Part shown: positions 1 to 10,000 of the stretch, piece by piece
Layout of the letters: each line of letters begins with the position of its first letter
How positions within the stretch are numbered: position 1 is the first letter of the stretch
Sequence record: MW749003.1
DNA length: 64,000 nucleotides
Reading direction: 5' to 3' (one strand)
Made by a program: the position numbers and the translations under genes
Notes under the pieces: model-generated
Database searches by the model: none
The model's input: the letters and a program-made list of their open reading frames with translations, nothing else
Told to the model about the DNA's origin: nothing

Positions 1-280
1 CTATATTTCCTTCATGTAATACCGAACCTAATGATGTAATCTTAAAAGGAATAGCTATAGAATTTTTGTTTTTAATATTAATACTACAGCTTATTACAGA
101 TGTTCCCCCAATCGTATTTAATATATTAGACATATTAAATATTTCAGTTAAATTTGTTATATTAGTAAAATCTTTAGTCTCACTTTTTGAGTTTACTGAT
201 AGGGAATTCTTTTGTAAGCTAAGAATATCTTCCTTAATAGTTTTACCAATGATACCTTTTATTTGATTCTGATTAATCAA
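1..280 (-). CDS. Hypothetical (probably virion) protein, N-terminal part; runs off the window start
   Basis: Hand-translated: RBS GGAGGTGA, TTG start at 280, MINQNQIKGIIGKTIKEDIL..., open to position 1; late motif TA-N6-TGTT at 298-309. Not in the ORF track. Confidence 0.6.
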   Translation of the reverse strand, partial: MINQNQIKGIIGKTIKEDILSLQKNSLSVNSKSETKDFTNITNLTEIFNMSNILNTIGGTSVISCSINIKNKNSIAIPFKITSLGSVLHEGNI

Positions 281-333
281 TAAGTTCACCTCCACTCTAA
301 ATAATTGTTTTTAATTTAGTAAAAATATAAAAA

Positions 334-366
334 ATAAGCATACCCTTTTTTTAGAGGTATGCTTAT
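334..366 (-). terminator. Hairpin terminator after the endolysin gene
   Basis: ATAAGCATACC / GGTATGCTTAT 11-bp stem with A/T runs flanking. Confidence 0.7.
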
Positions 367-379
367 CTTGTTTTTCCAA

Positions 380-1552
380 TTATTTGACTCTTAATTTTTG
401 CCCTACATAGATTTTATTAACATCAGCTAATTTATTCCATGATTTAATTTGATCAATTGAAGAGCCAAATTTCTTAGCAATAGCTGATACATTATCTCCT
501 GCTTTTACAGTATAATACTGTACAGATGAATTAGTGGAACTACCACTAGTAGGAATTTTAAGTGTTTGTCCTACAGAAATTTTATTTGGATCTTTAATTC
601 CATTAGCTGATGCGATAGCATTAACTGTAGAGCCAAATTTCTTAGCAATAGCAGTTAAATTATCTCCTGCTTTTACTTTATAAGTTGTAGAAGAACTAGA
701 TGTCTTAGTAGAACTTACTGATTTAGAATTACCGCTAAGTTTAAGAACTTGACCTACATAGATTTTATTTGGATCTTTAATTCCATTAATACTTTGAAGA
801 GTAGAAACAGAAACTCCAAATTTACTAGCAATTTTGGAAAGAACATCACCTTTTTGCACTGTGTACGTACCAGAAGGTTTACTTTCTTTTTTAGGTGCTG
901 ACACTGTAACTGGTTTTACAGCAGATTCTGTTTTAACAACTTTTTTAACTCCGCCAGTAAACCAAGTAAGTGATTTATCACCATTTAGTAAATTCATGTC
1001 AAGAGTACCGTTATACCATGATACTTTCCCATATTCGGTATATTGCCAGATGCAACAAGGGAAATCTGGTTTTTTATTAGCTGTACCATCATTACGACCA
1101 TAACGAGGAATCCATAAGAAGTCAGCATCAACTTTATTCAGTCCATAAGACATATAAAGATTGTGAGATACATAATAACCAGTCTTATAATCAGCTTTTC
1201 TACAAGTATCAATAAATGCTTGTGAGGCTTCTCTAAGATTAGCAGTTCCGCAAGATGCAACTGTATCATCCTCAACATCAAGAGCTAGAAATTTAGCATC
1301 TTTATCAATACGGCTTAGGAAATCATTTGCTTCAATAATAGCATCTTTAACTGATACATAGTGTCCATAAGCATAATGACCAAAAGGAATGCCGTATTTC
1401 TTACAATTAGCCACATGATTTTTGTATTCTCGGTCAATAGTCTTTGAACCATATTGAACACGAATAATCATAAGATCTACTTCTTTAGCCGCTCTTGCCC
1501 AATCAATTGCACTTGAAGGTTGGTGGTGAGAAATATCAATAATGTAACCCAT
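380..1552 (-). CDS. Endolysin: GH25 muramidase plus three LysM domains
   Basis: IDISHHQ, LALDVED, IWQYT motifs; three YTVxxGDxLxxIAxKFG repeats. Confidence 0.92.
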   Translation of the reverse strand: MGYIIDISHHQPSSAIDWARAAKEVDLMIIRVQYGSKTIDREYKNHVANCKKYGIPFGHYAYGHYVSVKDAIIEANDFLSRIDKDAKFLALDVEDDTVASCGTANLREASQAFIDTCRKADYKTGYYVSHNLYMSYGLNKVDADFLWIPRYGRNDGTANKKPDFPCCIWQYTEYGKVSWYNGTLDMNLLNGDKSLTWFTGGVKKVVKTESAVKPVTVSAPKKESKPSGTYTVQKGDVLSKIASKFGVSVSTLQSINGIKDPNKIYVGQVLKLSGNSKSVSSTKTSSSSTTYKVKAGDNLTAIAKKFGSTVNAIASANGIKDPNKISVGQTLKIPTSGSSTNSSVQYYTVKAGDNVSAIAKKFGSSIDQIKSWNKLADVNKIYVGQKLRVK

Positions 1553-1580
1553 ATATAAAAGTTCCTCCTTTAATTAAGAT

Positions 1581-1592
1581 TAATAAAATGTT
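1581..1592 (-). promoter_or_regulatory. Late promoter of the endolysin
   Basis: AACA-N6-TA on the minus strand, 30 nt before the start codon. Confidence 0.6.
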
Positions 1593-1706
1593 ACTTTAAT
1601 AATGCGATAAAATAATATTAGACAGATATAGGTATATTATTAATATTTCTATCGTCTTCAAGCATCCAAGGCTTACCTTCATATAGACTATACTGCTAAA
1701 GAATTA

Positions 1707-2585
1707 TTAGGACATTATTACTACACGATATTGATTCAATGTAGGCGCTTGAGAGAAGCTAACAGTGATATTATTTTCATCTATTCTTACAATATCTGTA
1801 CTAATATTAGCGAATGTTTCATTATCGAATACTTGCACAATAACATCACGAGTATTAAAATTATGATTAACTGTAAAAGATGTAGCAGTTCCATCCCCAA
1901 TTGTTGATACAAATTTAGGATTTAAACTACCTACAATTTTTAGACCATCAGCATCTGTTGCTAAACGTGAATCATTTAATTTAACTTTTAAGCTACCATC
2001 AGTATTTTGCTCTAAACCAAGACCCGCTAAGTCTGTACCTAATTTAGTCTTAGTAATTGACTTATCAATTACCTCTAATTGATTCCCAACATTAAGACCG
2101 ATAGAGACATTATCAATTTTTACATTAAATGTATCATCAATATTTTCTAAACCTCTACCAGCATTAATTGTAGTTAGATCGGCGATTGACCAAGTACTAT
2201 TAGTATACTTGAAAAATTGTTTATCACTTTTGCTAAATAATAATACACCATCACCTTTAGATGAAACATCATAGGTAACAACAAATTTAGATCCATCATA
2301 TTGAACGATATCTCCAGCTTCTAAACCTTCAATTGTTCCAAATGATGAATCAAGTGTAGTTGGATCTTTAATTACATAACGATCTCCAACAACAGGAGAA
2401 TCAATTACCAATGTAGCATCAGATTGGATTGCTTTTACATCATTTTGAAAATCAAAATCAGCAATTGCTTTATCGATCTTATTTTCTACAAAGGATTTAC
2501 TTACTAAATCAGATCCTTCAGTCGGACTAGGTAAATTGACAATTTTAGCCACTCCACCCAAATCAATATTACTAAGAACTTTCAT
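1707..2585 (-). CDS. Putative tail/tail-fibre-associated virion protein
   Basis: GxGL repeats; C-terminal GDGTATSFTVNHN...V.VQV module; late-strand context. Confidence 0.5.
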   Translation of the reverse strand: MKVLSNIDLGGVAKIVNLPSPTEGSDLVSKSFVENKIDKAIADFDFQNDVKAIQSDATLVIDSPVVGDRYVIKDPTTLDSSFGTIEGLEAGDIVQYDGSKFVVTYDVSSKGDGVLLFSKSDKQFFKYTNSTWSIADLTTINAGRGLENIDDTFNVKIDNVSIGLNVGNQLEVIDKSITKTKLGTDLAGLGLEQNTDGSLKVKLNDSRLATDADGLKIVGSLNPKFVSTIGDGTATSFTVNHNFNTRDVIVQVFDNETFANISTDIVRIDENNITVSFSQAPTLNQYRVVIMS

Positions 2586-2625
2586 GACAACACCATCCTT
2601 TATACCAGAATAATTTTTTGTTCTA

Positions 2626-3105
2626 TCAATCGATTATCAAAGTGAATATTTCATCATCGTCTGTTGGAGTTTTTAATAAAATAGAATTAGTACTCTGGTC
2701 TTCTGTATAGTCAATATTTAAGTCTTGAAATACACCGTTCCTATATATTTTTAATGAACCACCAGTATTAAAACTAAAAGGTACTGTAAAAGATGATTGA
2801 CCTTTTAATGGGGTTATTGTTTCTCTTTTCTTACTATTAGAACCATCAGTTATAGGTTTAAATATTGAACCATTCCAAATATAAATTTTATAATTATCTT
2901 TTGTAAGATATAATTTATTTTGTATTTTTTCAGTTAAGGAATTTAATTCATCTTCACTTTCTACAACTATAAGATCTGATATTTTTAATTTTTGTCCATT
3001 ACTTCCTACTATATATAAATTTCTTTCATTAGTAAAAATAATAGTTCCTATAGTATTAATTGAATTTAATAATGATTCTTTAATAGCTCTAAATGATAAT
3101 TTCAA
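2626..3105 (-). CDS. Putative tail-associated small protein
   Basis: GQSSF...YRNGV...DYTE module typical of tail-fibre accessory domains. Confidence 0.45.
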   Translation of the reverse strand: MKLSFRAIKESLLNSINTIGTIIFTNERNLYIVGSNGQKLKISDLIVVESEDELNSLTEKIQNKLYLTKDNYKIYIWNGSIFKPITDGSNSKKRETITPLKGQSSFTVPFSFNTGGSLKIYRNGVFQDLNIDYTEDQSTNSILLKTPTDDDEIFTLIID

Positions 3106-3150
3106 TTATTTTACCTCCTTATTCTTTTAGTTAATAATTTTTTAAAAAAT

Positions 3151-3513
3151 TTATAAATTAAATTCTTCCCATTCAAGAGATACACTATCACTTGCAATAA
3201 ATTTTTCTTCTGCTAAAGAATATGATAGAATCGACTTATCTTTTATGTTTGTCATATCTACATCTGACATTTCAGATAATTTGGAAATAATTTTCTTTGC
3301 TTCCCATTTATTACTAACAGAATTGTAAGTTAGAACGAATCCATTCTCAATAGTTGGGTTAATACTAACATCAGATAGAGAAGAAAGGTTTAACTTACTT
3401 TCGATCTCTTGAATAATTCTATCAGGAGACCATGCATGATCGGTTCCAGTAGTATTATCATCTATAACAATACCGCTTACTTTATTTTGGTAAAATCTAG
3501 GCACTATAATCAC
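3151..3513 (-). CDS. Hypothetical protein with LSxLSDV repeats
   Basis: ORF; late motif at 3535-3546. Confidence 0.55.
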   Translation of the reverse strand: MIIVPRFYQNKVSGIVIDDNTTGTDHAWSPDRIIQEIESKLNLSSLSDVSINPTIENGFVLTYNSVSNKWEAKKIISKLSEMSDVDMTNIKDKSILSYSLAEEKFIASDSVSLEWEEFNL

Positions 3514-3636
3514 ATCCCTATATTATTTAGATTTTAATAAGTTGTTCTCGTTTGTTCTAATTATTATTAATTCTTTTTAAAATTTAAAAGAATAGATAAC
3601 AGTTATATAGTTTGGAGAAATTTCAAACTGAAAAAT

Positions 3637-3649
3637 AAATATATATTAT
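3637..3649 (+). promoter_or_regulatory. Early promoter 13-mer AAATATATATTAT
   Basis: Exact copy of the repeated intergenic motif, upstream of 3734. Confidence 0.7.
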
Positions 3650-3733
3650 TTTATTGAAAAATCTAAGATAATAGGTAACAAGCTATTACTTTAGATTAAA
3701 TAAAAATTACTTATATTACAGGAGGAATTTATC

Positions 3734-4474
3734 ATGGCATTGAAAAAGAAAGTAGTTCGCCCTAAAACATCTGGAGAGTTAGCGGCAGAAAAAGCAAAAG
3801 AGGAAGAAGTACAACAGCCAGTAGTAGAAACAACTGAGGAACCTAAAGTAGAAGCTAAAGAAGAAAAGAAAGCTACACCTAAGAAAAATGTTGCTAAAGC
3901 TACTAAAGAAGAAAAAGCTGAAGCTACATATACCGAAGAAAAACAAGAAGAGCCAGTAGAAGAAGTAGTTGAGGAACCTAAAGAAGAGAAAAAACCAGCA
4001 AGTAAAAAAGAAGCTAATAAAATTATTGCTCTTAAATCAGTTAATTCCTCAGAAGAAGAAAGTGATAACTCTGGTGGTCGTCGTGCTACTAGAAAATCTG
4101 TAATGAAACAAGTTCAAAAACATTTGGAAGATCAAGGAATTTCTATCACCCTAGACGCAGTTACAACTGTTGTAGGTGCTTTTGAAGAAGTTCTAGATGA
4201 AGTTACAAATCATAAAGATTTCAAATTCATGAACTCAATGATTAAACGTCAAGAGCGTTCTGGTCAAGTTTATAAATCTCCAAAAGCTGGGTATGACTCC
4301 TATAAAGCTGATCGTGTAGTAAAAACATTTACAAAAGATACAACTAATGTAGATAAGTTCCGTGGTCAATATCTGAAAGATGAAGGTAAATTTATTGCTG
4401 ATGGTAAATTCAACTATGATACTGGTGAATTCGACCCTGTAGAACTTGAAATTGAAGTTGGTAAGAAAAAATAA
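3734..4474 (+). CDS. HU/IHF-like DNA-binding protein with a long Glu/Lys-rich N-terminal extension
   Basis: Residues ~120-200 align by eye to HU (two helices, then RQERSG..KSPKAG arm); strong RBS. Confidence 0.6.
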   Translation: MALKKKVVRPKTSGELAAEKAKEEEVQQPVVETTEEPKVEAKEEKKATPKKNVAKATKEEKAEATYTEEKQEEPVEEVVEEPKEEKKPASKKEANKIIALKSVNSSEEESDNSGGRRATRKSVMKQVQKHLEDQGISITLDAVTTVVGAFEEVLDEVTNHKDFKFMNSMIKRQERSGQVYKSPKAGYDSYKADRVVKTFTKDTTNVDKFRGQYLKDEGKFIADGKFNYDTGEFDPVELEIEVGKKK

Positions 4475-4481
4475 TATAAGA

Positions 4482-4520
4482 TAATGAAGGTAAATGAGAT
4501 TATCTCATTTACCTTCATTA
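4482..4520 (+). terminator. 19-bp perfect inverted repeat (terminator or operator)
   Basis: TAATGAAGGTAAATGAGAT-T-ATCTCATTTACCTTCATTA. Confidence 0.6.
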
Positions 4521-4546
4521 ATATTGTAAGGGGAATTATTTTTTAG

Positions 4547-4879
4547 ATGAAGAAAATAAAAGTTAGAGATATCATTAATAACTCTCATAAATCAGCAAAT
4601 GATATAATTCTTGGTGTGGTAAGTTTAATTGAAGATGCAGAAGTCATTATAAAAGTTGATGACTTATTAAAAGAAAGAAATTTATCTCAAAAAGATTTAG
4701 CTCAAATGACTAATTTAAGAACTGCAACAATCTCTGAATTTATAAATGGAAAAGGAACAGTTTTAAATAAATCAAAATTATTAAGAATAATGGTAGCATT
4801 ACAAGTTACTAAGATAGATGACATAATTGAGATCAGGCTTCCAGAATCTATTAAAGAAAAATATATTCTAAACAAGTGA
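4547..4879 (+). CDS. XRE/Cro-C1 helix-turn-helix regulator
   Basis: LLKERNLSQKDLAQMTNLRTATISEFING. Confidence 0.85.
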   Translation: MKKIKVRDIINNSHKSANDIILGVVSLIEDAEVIIKVDDLLKERNLSQKDLAQMTNLRTATISEFINGKGTVLNKSKLLRIMVALQVTKIDDIIEIRLPESIKEKYILNK

Positions 4880-4967
4880 ACAATGGAAAAAGAAACGAGA
4901 AATTCCTTTTGAAGTTAAGGAAATGTATAGAAACAATAACCCAAAATAATAGATTAAGGGGATCTAT

Positions 4968-5465
4968 ATGAGACCAGATTTTACTGATAGAAATATTATC
5001 TATAATAAAAAAATTTACGGAATAGGATATTATGATAAAAAGAGAAAGAGATATGAATGGTTAGATGAAAAAGTAAATAATCTTCCGTTATTTACTTTTT
5101 CATTGAGAGATCTGATTAGACTAATTTCAAGAGATGAACAATCTAAATTAGACAATGGTTGGGAAATTTATCAAATGAAAGTAACTCTGGAGGATATTTC
5201 AAATATTTCGGGATCACCAACAGATCTAGAAAATTTAATGGTTAGTATGTCTAAAGAGATTTGTTTTCCAGTCATTAATAGAATCTATTTTACTATTTTT
5301 AATGGAGAAGGAGTTTATTGGACACTTGACTCATTAAGTAAAAATCTTGACAACCAGAAATTTGTTAAATTTGAAATTACTGAAATGCCTACACTAGTTG
5401 AGAGAACCAATGACCATCATATTACTTTAAATAATTGTAGTTATGATATAACTACTTTAAACTAA
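4968..5465 (+). CDS. Hypothetical early protein (N-domain paralogous to 5521-6471)
   Basis: ORF with RBS. Confidence 0.7.
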   Translation: MRPDFTDRNIIYNKKIYGIGYYDKKRKRYEWLDEKVNNLPLFTFSLRDLIRLISRDEQSKLDNGWEIYQMKVTLEDISNISGSPTDLENLMVSMSKEICFPVINRIYFTIFNGEGVYWTLDSLSKNLDNQKFVKFEITEMPTLVERTNDHHITLNNCSYDITTLN

Positions 5466-5520
5466 TTCTTAAAATGATTTAATAGATATATAAGATTTAT
5501 TTTTGGGAGGAAATATAACA

Positions 5521-6471
5521 ATGAAAAAGGTTTTATATGCAATAGGAACACCATTAGGAGGAAATGGTAAACTTAATTTTATATCTAATGCCAATAATGG
5601 CGGTCCAATGTTTGTTGAAGATAAAGAAAAATTGATTAAACTAATTTCAGATGATCCAGTAGCTTTTGATACATGGAATATATACGAATTTCCAGTGTTA
5701 GTGCATGACATAGTCTATTATAGTGATTTTAGAGAAAAATCTTCCATTACCTTAAGAAAAGATGAAAAATTTACCTGTTACTATAATAGTATTACTAAAG
5801 AGTTATTATGGAATTTTAAGCCTGATGAATTATTATGTGGAAAACCTGTTAGAATAACGATTTTAGATAATCCTAGAATTATTAATGATAAACTAATCAA
5901 TGACAATACCAATTATACTTCAAGAATTTCAGAAGATATTCTTGAATTTGACTTTGATTTATTTATGAAAGTACAAAGAGAAATTTATTTAAAATATGAA
6001 TTAAATACTAAAGATGAAGGAATTCACTTAACTGATAGATATTTTATGCAAATCTTTGAAGAGATTCATGAAGTAAAAAGAGAAGAAAATGATATGAAGG
6101 TAATAGAAGAAATATTAGATATTGTTATGTACCTCGGAAGTACATATTGCACATTTGATAAAAACCTAATTGATCATGGTAAAAAAGTTTTTGTCAAGAA
6201 AGGTTATGAATATGGTTTTACTAAAAAAGATATTCATGCTTTAATGGATAGAGTATCTTCTAGTTTAATGGTTGTAAGACGTTTGTATCCAGAAAGAAAA
6301 TGGCATAGAAAAAATAGTGATCCTATTGAAAACAGAGATAAGATTGCTATGGATACAATTAGAGAATTAATTTGGGAATTATTAGAGTATGTATTATTTA
6401 TTAACCTAAATGGATTTAATGGTGTTATTGATTCTATGATGATTACTAAGCAATTGAAAAATCTAAAATAA
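5521..6471 (+). CDS. Hypothetical early protein
   Basis: ORF; ATG at 5521 fits RBS GGGAGG. Confidence 0.7.
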   Translation: MKKVLYAIGTPLGGNGKLNFISNANNGGPMFVEDKEKLIKLISDDPVAFDTWNIYEFPVLVHDIVYYSDFREKSSITLRKDEKFTCYYNSITKELLWNFKPDELLCGKPVRITILDNPRIINDKLINDNTNYTSRISEDILEFDFDLFMKVQREIYLKYELNTKDEGIHLTDRYFMQIFEEIHEVKREENDMKVIEEILDIVMYLGSTYCTFDKNLIDHGKKVFVKKGYEYGFTKKDIHALMDRVSSSLMVVRRLYPERKWHRKNSDPIENRDKIAMDTIRELIWELLEYVLFINLNGFNGVIDSMMITKQLKNLK

Positions 6472-6497
6472 AAGTTGTTATAAAGGGAGAGACTAAG

Positions 6498-6854
6498 ATG
6501 GCTGAATATTTGAAAATACCTAGTAAATTTAATGAAATTATAGAATTATTAAATAAACATGAATATAAAGATATTACTTGGAGTACTACAAACGGATTTT
6601 ACATTAGAGACTGTGCTGGAATGTCTATTGATATTAGATTTAATTTTAATATTAATAGATTTCTCGTGACTATAAGAGGAAGAAATTATGAAAATATTAA
6701 TATTGATGAATTACAAAAATATATTGACGAATTAAATGAGACTAAAAATCTAATTGATAAGTTAAATAAACTCCTTGAAGTAGACGATATTCCTACTCCA
6801 GATCTAGATGTTGATATTCCTATTGAAAAAACTGAAGAAGGAAATGATTTTTAA
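6498..6854 (+). CDS. Hypothetical protein
   Basis: ORF with RBS AAGGGAG. Confidence 0.7.
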   Translation: MAEYLKIPSKFNEIIELLNKHEYKDITWSTTNGFYIRDCAGMSIDIRFNFNINRFLVTIRGRNYENINIDELQKYIDELNETKNLIDKLNKLLEVDDIPTPDLDVDIPIEKTEEGNDF

Positions 6855-7008
6855 TAATAACTATGGATAATCTTGAAATGGAAGTTAATAATCATTAATT
6901 TTAATGAAAATAATTAACAAAAAAATAATAATGGGTAATAAGGGTTATAATAATATAACTCTTATTATTCTATTATTAATATTAAAATATTAATTTTTTT
7001 ATTATATA

Positions 7009-7020
7009 AACAATATTATA
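7009..7020 (+). promoter_or_regulatory. Late promoter of the tape-measure operon
   Basis: AACA-ATATTA-TA in the AT-rich spacer before 7085. Confidence 0.6.
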
Positions 7021-7084
7021 AATATAATTTATAAATAATTATTTTTTTTTTTATTTATTTTATAAGTAAAGAAGGTGAAATAGT

Positions 7085-10000
7085 ATGCCAATGAGAGTAT
7101 TACCAAAATTCGTTAAGAATGTAGGTAAATCACTTGGAAGATCAACAGCTTCAGCATTTGGTGATATGATGCCTAGTATGAAGAATTCAGGTATTGATAG
7201 TAAAAATTATATTGCTGAAGTATATAATTCTTCCAGAGAAAAAGTAACTCCTAATGAAGTTAAACAGACCTACATTTATAAATCTGGTCAGCAATTAATT
7301 AATAATGCAATTAGAGATCTTAAATCAGGTAATTTCTATAATAAAGAAAGACAACAACAAGCATCTAATGATTCTTTCAAAGAGATGTTTGGTATTGATT
7401 TAGATAATCTTACTAATTTTGAAGATCAAAATAAAGAAACAACAAAAGAAAAAGATGGAAAAACTATTCACAATACCAGTAATAACACTCAACAAAATGT
7501 TTTTGTGAATAATAGTGATCCATCTACTTCTAAAAGCATTCAGCAATTAACAACTATTTCATCTTCAGCTATGAAGATGAGTCATTATAATTCTAGTGCT
7601 TTGAGTAAACAAATTTCTACATTAATTGAATTCCAGCATAATAACACTAACAGATTCTATACAGAGATGTCAAGTAAAATGGCTGATATTACAAGAGATG
7701 TTAGTCAGATGACCGGATTCCTTGGTGTGATGGCTGAGGTTTCAGTAGGTGGAACTAGAAGAACACAAGGCGAGTCTATGCTTGCAACATTATTAGGGTT
7801 AGAAGGATTTAGTGTTAGTGGAATGAAGGATATGTATAGGAAAAAATATTCTAATTCTACTGGTGGAATGAAGGATACATTTAATCTTGTTATTAAACCT
7901 TATATTGATGAAGTTGTTGCAAATCCAATTGGGGCTTTAACTAAAAATGCAATTAAGTTAGCTTTACCAAGAGCTTTAAAATCAGCTGTTGGTGATATGG
8001 ATCAAATGTTTAAATTTCTTCCTACTATGATTCAAGGAAAAGCTAAAGATTGGGAAGGTAGTGATAATGTCTTTAAGAGAAATGCCGCTAAAATATTTGG
8101 CATTGATCTAAAAGAAGATAAGGGATTTAACTTTTCTAATTATGAAAAAGGAAAGGTAGCATTTGATGGTGTAACTAGACGTTCTATTGTTAATGTAATT
8201 CCATCATTGTTATCTAAAATTTTGGCTAGTGTTAGCAATAATTCAACTCATAAAGAAGAACTTATCTATGATTATGATAAAGGAAAATTTACTACTAGAA
8301 AACGTGTAATAAAAGAAATGAATAGTGATATTAAAAACTTCACTATTGATAACTACGATCTTACTAATTATAAAGAACAGATTGCAAGAGAGAATCAATC
8401 TAAATTTTCAAGTAGTGAAGAATTATCTGCTTTTATGGAAAGAGTTGATAAAGCTCTTTTATCCATGGTTAAAAATAGCAAAATGATTCATGGTAATAGC
8501 AAGGCATCTGATATTTCGGAGGACGAAGATGTTGCTAATGCTATCTTAAATAACTTCAAGGGTCAAACAAATGCTAATAAGTCTAAATATCAATATGACC
8601 TACTAAGTGCTTCAAAAGCTTATTCTGATATTTATAGAAGAATTGAGCAAAATGAATCATTTAATAATGCCTTTGATATGACAAAAGAAGAAAGAATATT
8701 TGAGCCTGAAACTAATAAAGAAATGGCTAGAAGGGTAAAATCAAATATTGATAGATTCTTTGGTGTTGGTCAAGGACCAGTAGAAAATAATATGAGTAAA
8801 AAGAATCCTCTTTATTGGTTAACTGAAGGTATTAAGAGAGTTAATGGAAAAACTTCTGAATTTTTTTATGGTCAGGATAATAATGAATATGCATATACTA
8901 GACCTCAACAACCTTCTTCTAATCAGCAAAATACAGTAAATAGAGGATCTAAGATAAAAGATTTTGCTAGTAGAGTAGTAAATACAGGAAGTAATGCTAT
9001 TTCTAAATTAAATACAAGAAATGGTTTAATGCCTGAGAGAAGAACTTCGCCTTCAATTCCTGTTATTTCAAATACTGAGGATACTAGTAGTAATAATACA
9101 ACAAGAGAATTAAGTAATTTAAATCAAAATATTGAAGAAGTAAATAATGAAATTAGTGGAGATAGAGGTATCACCAGAAGCATCTTCCTGTTAAATAGAA
9201 ATATTGAACGTAATAATAGGATTATGGAAGGTAGAAATGATGAGAAAACATCCTCTTCTACTAATTCAACTGCCATTAGAACTACGAATGTACAAAACCC
9301 AGATCTTTCCATTCTCCCTAAGATTAATGATAATATTCTTCATATTATAACATTACTAGAAGCTAAATTTAGTGGAGATGGCTTACCAATAGGTAGGATT
9401 GGAAAATTCAAAAATATTATTGGTAGTTATAAGGATAAAACTCTTAATTTCTTTGAAAAGTTATTTGGAAGAGGAAGATCTAATTCAGGAGGTTTCTTCT
9501 CTAGAACAGCAGAAAAAGTTAAAGGCTTTATTGGAATGGTATTTGGTAATTCAGGTTCCAGAACTTCACTTTTATCTAAATTATTTGGTGGTGCAATGGA
9601 TTCTATTAGAGGTGCTAATGGAAGACAATCTATTACATCAAGACTTCTAGGAAGAGATGGCATTATCACCAAGTTTGTTTCTGGTACGTTAACAACTGTT
9701 TTGGATGTTGCGTCTAAAACAATTCCAAAAGCAACTAAATTTGCAGGAGAGGTAACAAAAGGATTTTTAAATTTTGGTAAAAGTGCTTTTTCACTAATAC
9801 TTGGAGCAGGTAAAAAAGGATTAGATAAAGCTAAAGAACTTCGATCAAATAGATCTGCAAGTAGAGCAAGAAGAAGCGGAAATAGAAATATTAAAGGAAT
9901 GAGAGGCTTACTTGGTCTTTTAACAAGTACTACTGGGAGTGTTATAGGAGGAGCAGGTAGCCTTATTGGTGGAAGCTTAAGCCTTGGTATGAGAGGCATT

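Noticed and set aside
834-1103. Opposite-strand ORFs in the track (e.g. 66-266, 834-1103, 9427-9999, 10288-10521, 26636-26983, 39346-39648, 41255-41650, 61166-61486)
   Set aside because: They lie antisense to well-supported genes, lack RBSs and show mirror-image composition; shadow ORFs.
6860-7080. Extremely AT-rich spacer as a replication origin
   Set aside because: No iterons; explained by a terminator hairpin and the late promoter of the tape-measure operon.
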